NCBI RefSeq assembly: GCF_000008465.1
Contig: NC_006512.1
Span: 2,190,001 to 2,222,000, forward strand
Source of the DNA: Idiomarina loihiensis L2TR
Lineage (GTDB): Bacteria; Pseudomonadota; Gammaproteobacteria; Enterobacterales; Alteromonadaceae
Length of the DNA stretch: 32,000 nt
Direction of reading: 5' to 3'
The notes beneath the pieces were generated by a model. That model was not told the DNA's origin. It made no database searches and saw only the letters and a program-made list of their open reading frames with translations. A program made the position numbers and the translations under genes. This document shows positions 25,113-32,000 of the stretch, in pieces. How positions within the stretch are numbered: the stretch's first letter is position 1; every line of letters begins with the position of its first letter.

Positions 25113-26438
25113 TCAGGCAAAGTCTTTCAGCCTGAGATGCCCCTCTATTGAATCGGTAAGCGCTTTTGGCACCTCATGTTCAGTGGCTAACTCCCGCCAC
25201 TGAGACACCGCGTTAACCACATCATCAATAATGGCATCAATTTCTTTGCGCTCTACCTTGGGTAACTGAACGTCTGCCAGCGCGTAAAAGTCGGCGCGAG
25301 TATGGCCACTGCGCTTGCCATTCAACGACATCCAGTGCTGCTCTACCCAGGGGTTTCCGGGTTTGTAGCTAAAGGCAACGTCGTAAGCCGGGCTCAACCG
25401 CCACTCCTTGTCTTCCAGCATAAAACCAAAGTTCTTGGAGTGATCATCGTGGTTGGTTGCTACGTGGTTAAACACCATACGGCGAAATAAGTCTACAGCG
25501 TCCGCCCGTGGCAACCGCAGCTGGCGGGCAACCTGAAACAGCTCTTCATAAGAAAACGCGCCAATGTCGTGATAGTTCACGTGCTTAATAGCGGTAAGCG
25601 TTTGAATGTGCTTTTTCTCATTGCCTATTCTGTCAAAGCGCTTGGTCACAAAATGGCGGCGGTTGCCTTCATCCAGCAAATGGCATGGCATCATATGAAT
25701 GCCCGCTTTTGTGGCCATTAAGTAATACACATACTCCATAGCACCGTAACCGAGCGGGTCGCCAAAGGTTTGCTGAGATGGGTCGCGCTCTTTTACTCCG
25801 TCAAACTTCAGCAAGTAATGCTCAAAGCCCTCGGGCACAAGCCCCTGCCCTGAACGCACCTGGCTGAAGTCCTTATTAAACGCCAGTACCGCTTTTGGTC
25901 TTGCGCCACCGGCGCTGGTCCCAACCGCTAATAACGCCTGCATCATTTCTTTGTCTGCCGCGTCGTCAAAGTGCGTGCGCTGACGAAAGCCCTTTCGCGC
26001 ATCGAGCACTTCCTGCGCTAATCTCATTAAGCTCTCAAGCTCAATGTCTTTGTTTTTGGCGTTGGTTTGATTCTTACGCGCGGGGTGATACTCAAGAGCG
26101 CCCATGCCCCGCTCGCCGGTATACTGAAGTCGTTCAAGCGGGCTCAGGGGTTCGGTACGATCGGGCTGTTGCGCAACCCATTGGTTCAGTACCGCATTAC
26201 CAAAGTCGTCAGGCAAAGAGTCTGCCAACATACCCGGCAGACCTCTGAAGGTATCCCAATTTAACCCCGGAAAAGAGTAAATTCGTCCCTTCTCGGCAGG
26301 CATAGTTAAAGGCGCCAACGGAATGTTTTTTTCGACAAATTCAGATAAGTACTCGAACCGCGCAGCCGTGTCGCCTTTGTTATAACTTAAGGCACCGACA
26401 GGCTCGCCTTTGTAGCGAACTTCAATGGTATTAATCAC
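25113..26438 (-). CDS. hipA: HipA-family serine/threonine kinase toxin
   Basis: 441 aa, SAGGARPKA P-loop-like motif and catalytic NHDDHSKNFGF. 4-nt overlap with the upstream HTH gene. Confidence 0.9.
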   Translation of the reverse strand: MINTIEVRYKGEPVGALSYNKGDTAARFEYLSEFVEKNIPLAPLTMPAEKGRIYSFPGLNWDTFRGLPGMLADSLPDDFGNAVLNQWVAQQPDRTEPLSPLERLQYTGERGMGALEYHPARKNQTNAKNKDIELESLMRLAQEVLDARKGFRQRTHFDDAADKEMMQALLAVGTSAGGARPKAVLAFNKDFSQVRSGQGLVPEGFEHYLLKFDGVKERDPSQQTFGDPLGYGAMEYVYYLMATKAGIHMMPCHLLDEGNRRHFVTKRFDRIGNEKKHIQTLTAIKHVNYHDIGAFSYEELFQVARQLRLPRADAVDLFRRMVFNHVATNHDDHSKNFGFMLEDKEWRLSPAYDVAFSYKPGNPWVEQHWMSLNGKRSGHTRADFYALADVQLPKVERKEIDAIIDDVVNAVSQWRELATEHEVPKALTDSIEGHLRLKDFA

Positions 26439-26755
26439 CAGTCCAGCTCCTCATTGTCAGCAGGTTTCACACGCGTTTTACCGCTCGCCCGCTTCTTCTG
26501 CTTGGTGCTGCTTTTGAGTAGTTGCACAGGAGAAACGCCCTCGTCCGGGAACGCAGCCAGTAAATTGTCGATATGACCCAAAGCCTGAAGAATTGCGACA
26601 TACGTCGGTAAGGTGCTTTTACCACCCTCCGCGGATTTAACGGCATTCAGTGAGACATTAGCTAAGGTAGCCAAGTCCTCCTGAGTTAAATCCTGGTTCA
26701 GCCGATACTGCCTGACTCGCTGACCAATGATTGATGAAACACGATCAGAATCCAT
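26435..26755 (-). CDS. hipB: HipB-like XRE-family HTH antitoxin
   Basis: IGQRVRQYRLNQDLTQEDLATLANVSLNAVKSAEGG is an HTH. It is translationally coupled to hipA. Confidence 0.8.
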   Translation of the reverse strand: MDSDRVSSIIGQRVRQYRLNQDLTQEDLATLANVSLNAVKSAEGGKSTLPTYVAILQALGHIDNLLAAFPDEGVSPVQLLKSSTKQKKRASGKTRVKPADNEELDW

Positions 26756-26763
26756 ATAACGAA

Positions 26764-26897
26764 CCTTAAATAGGTTTTAAACTGATAATTAGAGTATAGC
26801 AGACTATTTAAGGAACGTAATTATTTTTATACAAAAGGCTTTAAATGGACTATAAATTAGTTAATTCATTTTATAAGCCTTTTAAAGGGCTATAAAA
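26764..26897. promoter_or_regulatory. hipBA upstream region with repeated CCTT-AAA-GG type boxes (putative operators)
   Basis: CCTTAAATAG (26764-26773) and CTATTTAAGG (26804-26813) are exact reverse complements. There are also two 21-nt direct repeats, AGGCTTTAAATGGACTATAAA (26837-26857) and AGCCTTTTAAAGGGCTATAAAA (26876-26897). Confidence 0.4.
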
Positions 26898-26994
26898 AAC
26901 ACTTGAAAGAGGGTTGTTAATAGCACTTGGTTTCGGTATGAATCGATAGTCCTATTTGACTGGCCTTGTTAGAGATATCGAGCTTTCCACAAAG

Positions 26995-27237
26995 CTACTC
27001 TTCGCTGCCCTTCATATACTCTTGATATCTACGACTAGCCTCTTCTTCGCTTATGTCTGGAGTTATTTGTAGAAACTTTTTAGCATATTTTTCAAATGCT
27101 TGAGCTTTGACTTTGGCAACCTCAGACTGAAGCTTAACTTCAACTTTCGCAAGAAGTTTCTGAAGTCGAGCAATTTCTCTTTTTTGTTCTACCACTACTT
27201 GTTTGTAATATCTAACATCGTATTTGTTTTCTTCCAA
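26995..27237 (-). CDS. hypothetical small coiled-coil protein
   Basis: 80-aa charged heptad-rich ORF (REIARLQKLLAKVEVKLQSEVAKVKAQAFEKYAKK). TTG start with GGAG upstream. No family recognised. Confidence 0.4.
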   Translation of the reverse strand: MEENKYDVRYYKQVVVEQKREIARLQKLLAKVEVKLQSEVAKVKAQAFEKYAKKFLQITPDISEEEASRRYQEYMKGSEE

Positions 27238-27324
27238 TGCTGAATCTCCTTTTTGCAGTGGTTGGAGGCTATAGGACTGGCATCTATAACGCCTAGCGCA
27301 TCAGCACGACAAGTACAAGTGCCA

Positions 27325-27885
27325 TTACTTGGCTGCAGATTTAAGTGCCTTGAAGAATGCATCTTGTTCCGGCGCACCCTGGTCGTTATACAGAGCTTTA
27401 TTCATAAGATTTGACCATGTATGAATGACATACCCACCATAGTTTTTTTCTTCAACCAAATCCCTAAGTGAATTTGCACCAAGCATCTTTTTAGCTAATT
27501 CAGTCGCAGCAGATTTCGTAATATGAATTTGTTCCCGATACTTTGTCACGTAAATCTTACTTTTGAATTTGACAGGAACACCAACTACGACAATTTCCTC
27601 ATACGAGGTATGTAAAAACGTTTTATAGACACCATACAGAATGTCCCGGCGGGTACTGGCTCGGATCACATCTGGTAAATCACCAGGAAATATCTGAGTC
27701 GAAAGCTGGATTGTCGGTAGGGTGCCTAAATCGAGAACCTTGAAGGTACCATTTTCTTGACTGTAATCACTTTTGTCACTAATCATCGCACGTATCGAGT
27801 CGTACTGTTTGAGTTCAGCAGAATTAGCTGGCGAAACTGCGAACGCGACAAAAAACACCGTAATGATCAAGTTTGTAAATTTCAT
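27325..27885 (-). CDS. hypothetical secreted protein
   Basis: Signal peptide MKFTNLIITVFFVAFAVSPANSA, GGAGGGG Shine-Dalgarno. It starts 55 nt after the DUF4062-B stop. No family recognised. Confidence 0.55.
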   Translation of the reverse strand: MKFTNLIITVFFVAFAVSPANSAELKQYDSIRAMISDKSDYSQENGTFKVLDLGTLPTIQLSTQIFPGDLPDVIRASTRRDILYGVYKTFLHTSYEEIVVVGVPVKFKSKIYVTKYREQIHITKSAATELAKKMLGANSLRDLVEEKNYGGYVIHTWSNLMNKALYNDQGAPEQDAFFKALKSAAK

Positions 27886-27940
27886 ATTAAACCCCTCCTG
27901 TCCACCGACAGTTCTTGAAGCATCTAACGCTTTGCTAAGC

Positions 27941-28990
27941 TTACTTTAGCAACTCATTCAATATTTTTACTCGCTGCTCCTTTGTAGACTTTAAAACACC
28001 TTTCTCGTAGTTCACATATAGTGGACGTTTATTTTTCACGTAACCTTCTACTCCAAAGCAATATTTTCCAGTGGTGAACATAAGGTGTGGTTCGTTTTCT
28101 TCTACACCAAAATCACTTTCGTAGAAAAGGCCTGTTTCTAATAAGTAATCTACCCACGATTTATTCTCTGGAGTAACAGAGGCGATTTTATTGATCTCTG
28201 TATCTCCAATAAATGCATCAAGTTCTATAGTGATTGGCATCTCGTCGTCCAAGTTAAATATTTCAGCAAAAAACTTTTTAGTATTTGCATAAGTCTCTAT
28301 CTCGCTTATAGATTCCTCTACTTTAGCTTCGTCAGCGCTAGATGAACGATATAAACTCTTAACAAGAGCTTCTAATTTACCATTAGAATCTTTCAAGTTA
28401 CTCAATAAATGATTCGTAGCGTCGATTTGAGTTTTTACTTCTCTAGTTCTCAAAAACTCAAAGAAAAGTCCAGCCCATTGTTTACGTAAATGAACTTCTA
28501 TATCATTGAAATTAGAGAAACCTTCAAAAGCATTATTCACCGGAGAGCGACGAACGTCATCAATAAACTTAAATATATTTTCTGCATCATCCTGTTTTTC
28601 TACCGCAGGGAAATTTATTTTATCAATGAATTTTTGATTTCTATTTTCTCTATATATGTGATGATTATTAAGAACTGAATTTCTTATATATGTGAAAACA
28701 GGAACATTTGCAGCTTTAGCTGCTTCATATTCAGCATTAGTAATAGATTTCGACTTATCTTTAACATACCCACCACCAAATCGACCTCCAATTATTAAAA
28801 TAAAAAGTTGGCAATTTGATACTTCATGTACGCAAGCATCATGAGTATGAAGGTCAGGATGATAGAATACATCTCCATGTTCACTAAGAATTGGATCGAA
28901 ACCAAACGATCTAACGAATTTGTTCAGTTGCTCTCTTACTTCAGATAAATCAAAACACGTAGAGCTGATAAAAACTTTTGGGATAGCCAA
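27941..28990 (-). CDS. DUF4062 (TIR/nucleoside-deoxyribosyltransferase-like) domain protein with coiled-coil and unrelated C-terminal domain (paralog B)
   Basis: N-terminus IPKVFISSTCFDLSEVREQLNKFVRSFGFDPILSEHGDVF...CQLFILIIGGRFGGGY matches the DUF4062 signature. Coiled-coil middle. The C-terminal ~120 aa are unrelated to paralog A. TTG start with GGAG 6 nt upstream. Extremely AT-rich. Confidence 0.7.
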   Translation of the reverse strand: MAIPKVFISSTCFDLSEVREQLNKFVRSFGFDPILSEHGDVFYHPDLHTHDACVHEVSNCQLFILIIGGRFGGGYVKDKSKSITNAEYEAAKAANVPVFTYIRNSVLNNHHIYRENRNQKFIDKINFPAVEKQDDAENIFKFIDDVRRSPVNNAFEGFSNFNDIEVHLRKQWAGLFFEFLRTREVKTQIDATNHLLSNLKDSNGKLEALVKSLYRSSSADEAKVEESISEIETYANTKKFFAEIFNLDDEMPITIELDAFIGDTEINKIASVTPENKSWVDYLLETGLFYESDFGVEENEPHLMFTTGKYCFGVEGYVKNKRPLYVNYEKGVLKSTKEQRVKILNELLK

Positions 28991-29013
28991 TTGCTTCTCC
29001 TTTAAACTTAATA

Positions 29014-29042
29014 TTTATATATTGTGCTTGCACACTTTGTAA
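29014..29042 (-). promoter_or_regulatory. putative sigma-70 promoter with operator palindrome, DUF4062 paralog B
   Basis: Minus strand: TTACAA (29042-29037), 17 nt, TATAAA (29019-29014). The spacer holds TGTGCAAGCACA (plus strand 29023-29034), a 5+5 inverted repeat. It is homologous position by position to 19106-19134. Confidence 0.5.
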
Positions 29043-29375
29043 CTCGTTCAATTGATAGTTATTGGTTCTTAACTTACTGATAAAATGAAAATTCTGATCT
29101 TGAAGCCCTCTGAACAAGAAAAGGCAATTTGAGCATACTCAGTTACACTTTAATGGGCGCACATGTCTAAATTTAATTTTTCTTTATGTGACTGACAATA
29201 AACGACTTAAATGCACAGCACAATAACAAAACGCGCAATATTGTTGAGATAAGCGTGCAGTGCACGGTTAGCGTCATCCACTATTATTAATAACAGGATG
29301 ACTAATCATTAATTGAAGTAGACAAAGAACTTTAAAAATACCAAAGGTGGACTCATAGATGACTAGTGAGAAGTT

Positions 29376-30215
29376 TCAGCGCTGCTCTACCTTGGGTTTT
29401 CCATAAATCCAATCTAAACCTTGCGTTAAGGTCGTTGGAAATGCGGTGGCATGCTTTGCATCCTCGACGATATTGAACTTGAGCGTGACAGATTCACCGG
29501 CTTCGGTAACAATTTTTTCCTTCAGTTTGTTGGCTCCGGCAACCATATCCTGCTTTTCTCCAAACTGCGGACGCTCAAGGCTTCCAACTGATATATAGAC
29601 TTTAATGGGGCTGCGTGATTCATTCGGTTTTAAGCTCAACAAATGATGGTTGTTGAACCAAATTGACGGACTACCAAGCACATAACTACTAAACATAGTT
29701 GGGTGTTTAAACAGTATATAAGCACCGAACAACCCGCCCAACGAGTTTCCCACGTAGGTGCGCTCAGTTGCGCTTACTCGATAATTAGCCGCCATATATG
29801 GAAAAACCACTTCTCGTATGAAAAGCGCGTGCCCCTCAGCATTGCCAGTTGGCAACTTCCAATCATCTGCACGGCTTGGGGTGTAGTCACGAATACGGCT
29901 CGATGCACCTTTCGACCCTTTGGAGTATGACAAGCTGACAATAAAGGCTTCCTCCATTGCTCGACTATTCATCGGGAATCTTGTGGCACCAGAGGCTATT
30001 TGAAAGCTATACATACCATCGGTCAGGTAAATAACGGGGTAGACCTTATCAGTACTAGACCTATATGAGCGCGGCGTCTTAATGAAGACTGGATAGACGA
30101 GTTTACTCGCGGGGTCAGTTAACTCAACTGTCTTGCTTCTGGGGATTTCTACGGCGTCATTGGCGAAGGTTACTGGGCAGAAGATGAATAGGATGAGCAC
30201 CCAAACTAACTTCAT
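29376..30215 (-). CDS. secreted alpha/beta hydrolase (putative esterase family, IroE/Fes-like fold)
   Basis: Signal peptide MKLVWVLILFIFCPVTFA, YPVIYLTDG, nucleophile elbow GNSLGG, GSPSIW. Confidence 0.7.
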   Translation of the reverse strand: MKLVWVLILFIFCPVTFANDAVEIPRSKTVELTDPASKLVYPVFIKTPRSYRSSTDKVYPVIYLTDGMYSFQIASGATRFPMNSRAMEEAFIVSLSYSKGSKGASSRIRDYTPSRADDWKLPTGNAEGHALFIREVVFPYMAANYRVSATERTYVGNSLGGLFGAYILFKHPTMFSSYVLGSPSIWFNNHHLLSLKPNESRSPIKVYISVGSLERPQFGEKQDMVAGANKLKEKIVTEAGESVTLKFNIVEDAKHATAFPTTLTQGLDWIYGKPKVEQR

Positions 30216-30444
30216 TATTGATTTCCTATCAGCTTGAGCAAGACGCTCAGAATGGTTAACGTACTTAACCAGTTTTCACTCTTGCATTCAATAGCTTTTA
30301 CCTCGACCTCTGAATAACCTTTTGCTTATGTCCGCTAAGAGCGAACAACGGACACTTCGTATCTCTAACTTTTCACTCAAGTTGGCTAGTAAGAGTTTGG
30401 ACTCATAAGTTTGAAATTTCGCGCTCCTATATCTTGGATCGCTA

Positions 30445-32000
30445 TTAGGTCCTTTTTCTATCTTTACCCTGAAGTTCACTTAAATATTCACTTATTTGTT
30501 TCAGATCTTCTGCCATTTCTCCGATGGTAGGATAAGGGTCGCCTACAGAGGGGGCACTATCATGCCCAGTAAAGTATTTACTGCATTTAGCCATCGCTGC
30601 ATTAATTTTTGAGACATCTATATCACTAATGTCTGTTAATTGCCCCAAGCGCTTTGTTTGAATCGCACGCTCGAATCTATTAACAACCTTGTTCAATAGC
30701 TTTTCTTCAATCAGTCGCTCCCAGCTCTCCCTCAGTAGACCGTAGAATTCGCGCGACACTCGTCTGAACTCACTATCAGTTCCATTTTGATCAATCCTTC
30801 TTACTGCTTGTAACTCTGCGTTAAGTTGTTTCACACGCTTGCTGGTCGTTAATGCTTCCCATGGAGCGCTATCTCTTACTATACCTGCGAAACCTCTTCT
30901 GGAGCGTTCTAACGCACAGCTACCATGAGGAGCATTCTGTTCTTCAGCAGCTTCAAGCAATAGTTTATAAAAAACAATGTCATGAGTGAAAACAATAACT
31001 TGTCGTAAAAGAGACTCTTTAACGAGTCTTTCTGCTACACGACTTCTCCACTGATGGCTAAGCGAGTTAACAGGATCATCAAAGATTACTGCCGATTTTC
31101 TATGATCAGCTTTCATCTCTGCCAGAAAAGCAGCTATCGCTATACAGCGCTGTTCTCCCTCACTGGCAATTTTTGATACCAAAGGTTCGCCACCCTCTTC
31201 AATCACAAGCTTTAGTTGTTGCGTGCCACTTCTGTTTCTTGTTTGGGCTTTTACAGAAAAACGGATAAATCCGAATTGTTTTAGCTCTTCAGAAAAAGCC
31301 TCCAATAGTGGAGTGACCACACCATTCTGGTAGATTTGAGATGCTAGAGTCGAGACAGGCCTTGTACTACATTCTCGGCCCAAAGCCTTCATTCTAGTGA
31401 TAACTTTGTGCCTTCGAATGTTACTTATTATTGCTTCACGATTTTCAGTGACAAACTTTTTATCCTCGATCTGCTGTAGCTCTGTTTCTTTCTTTTGAAT
31501 TAACTTTTGTAAGTCGGCGTTCGACTTGATGTTTTCATGCTCTGAAACAATTGATTCAATCAATTGCTTGAGTTCTTCCAGTACAGATATGTCAAGAGCA
31601 TCTATCGACTCAGGGAGACGCGAAGGATCAATGAATAGGGGCTTGCGCGAGTTTAGTTGTTGAAATAATAACTCAAAACGTTTTTCTGTTCCGGGCCGTA
31701 ACTTCTCAAACTCAATTAGCGCTGCCCTGTGCTCTTTTAGAGAAGGGGATTGGGATGAAATTAAATTAACCGCATGAGTAACTAGTTTTAGTGCGTCAGT
31801 TGCTTCTGTTGCAGCATTATCCGCTAAGAACTTACTGAGAGACTTAAGCCTTTCGGCACTCGTATCGGATACTCTCTGTAGGCAAAAGGGGCATGTATCT
31901 CCTTCTAATGGTGGAAAACTATGGCTTTTTTCCTCTTGCTCAATAAAACTTTTCGCCGCATTCCACATCGCTTGCCAACTGACACCTGCAACCGTATCTA
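30445..32000 (-). CDS. AAA_13-type ABC/SMC-like ATPase (RloC/PrrC-like), C-terminal ~517 codons; the N-terminal Walker A part lies right of the window
   Basis: The frame stays open upstream of the track ATG 31968 to the window edge. It shows a CPFC motif in a long coiled-coil insert, an ABC signature-like EGEQRCIAIAAFLAEM, Walker B AVIFDDPVNSLSH and an H-loop VIVFTHD. A ~170-aa C-terminal domain carries LLRESWE ... KYFTGHDS. Confidence 0.65.
   Translation of the reverse strand, partial: DTVAGVSWQAMWNAAKSFIEQEEKSHSFPPLEGDTCPFCLQRVSDTSAERLKSLSKFLADNAATEATDALKLVTHAVNLISSQSPSLKEHRAALIEFEKLRPGTEKRFELLFQQLNSRKPLFIDPSRLPESIDALDISVLEELKQLIESIVSEHENIKSNADLQKLIQKKETELQQIEDKKFVTENREAIISNIRRHKVITRMKALGRECSTRPVSTLASQIYQNGVVTPLLEAFSEELKQFGFIRFSVKAQTRNRSGTQQLKLVIEEGGEPLVSKIASEGEQRCIAIAAFLAEMKADHRKSAVIFDDPVNSLSHQWRSRVAERLVKESLLRQVIVFTHDIVFYKLLLEAAEEQNAPHGSCALERSRRGFAGIVRDSAPWEALTTSKRVKQLNAELQAVRRIDQNGTDSEFRRVSREFYGLLRESWERLIEEKLLNKVVNRFERAIQTKRLGQLTDISDIDVSKINAAMAKCSKYFTGHDSAPSVGDPYPTIGEMAEDLKQISEYLSELQGKDRKRT

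Noticed and set aside
11628-30000. Other embedded track ORFs: 11628-11825, 12025-12473 group, 13552-13806, 13979-14218, 14687-15025, 16087-16396, 16445-16714, 16803-17048, 17608-17844, 18237-18458, 19650-19892, 20339-20728, 21970-22191, 23065-23304, 23546-23737, 24497-24682, 25302-25490, 25895-26264, 27195-27377, 28490-28678 and 29703-29930.
   Set aside because: Each overlaps a better-supported gene on the same or opposite strand and shows no recognisable motif.
30288-30479. A 63-aa basic ORF between the AAA_13 and esterase genes.
   Set aside because: It starts inside the AAA_13 3' end, has no RBS, and has low-complexity basic composition. It is probably spurious; the region more likely holds the esterase promoter.
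1-32000. CRISPR arrays, rRNA/tRNA genes, IS elements, an integron integrase, and prophage structural genes.
   Set aside because: No regularly spaced direct repeats, no cloverleaf-like or rRNA-like segments, and no transposase or tyrosine-recombinase-like ORF were seen on either strand.

Overview
The window looks like gammaproteobacterial chromosome. A marine, Alteromonadales-like origin is only an inference from gene content. It alternates between ordinary core genes and two AT-rich accessory islands.

Left part (1-11.1 kb):
- a catalase-related peroxidase, partial and missing from the ORF track
- a DCC thiol oxidoreductase
- a signal-peptide-bearing Lig E-type ATP-dependent DNA ligase
- higBA
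- a six-gene HlyD/MacB-type ABC efflux operon with a textbook sigma-54 promoter, carrying its own NtrC-type activator and histidine kinase

Middle (11-19 kb):
- a lipoprotein, a soluble PAS-PAS chemoreceptor and a CZB-GGDEF cyclase
- a 5.5 kb run of small minus-strand accessory genes: ParD-like antitoxin, cupin, GNAT, thioredoxin, Phd antitoxin with a decayed ParE/RelE toxin, an NTase-like protein, ClbS/DfsB and small membrane proteins
- at least one convincing integron attC-like junction within that run
- a very AT-rich DUF4062 gene at the end of the run

Core-like block (19.4-25.1 kb): VOC protein, ABC-F ATPase, Crp/Fnr regulator, nitroreductase, DMT transporter, GNAT, DUF4177, YidD-like and TM2 proteins.

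Right island (25.1-32 kb): hipBA, two small unknown genes, a second DUF4062 gene, a secreted esterase, and a partial AAA_13 (RloC/PrrC-like) ATPase that runs off the window.

The most interesting signal is the pair of DUF4062 (TIR/deoxyribosyltransferase-like) genes. Their proteins have diverged heavily, yet each is preceded by about 250 bp of homologous non-coding DNA. That block contains a promoter with a 12-bp palindrome in its spacer. Each gene is also followed by related 3' flank sequence. I read these as a candidate uncharacterised single-protein stress or defence cassette with a conserved regulatory or RNA leader.

I saw no rRNA, tRNA, CRISPR array, transposase or integrase.
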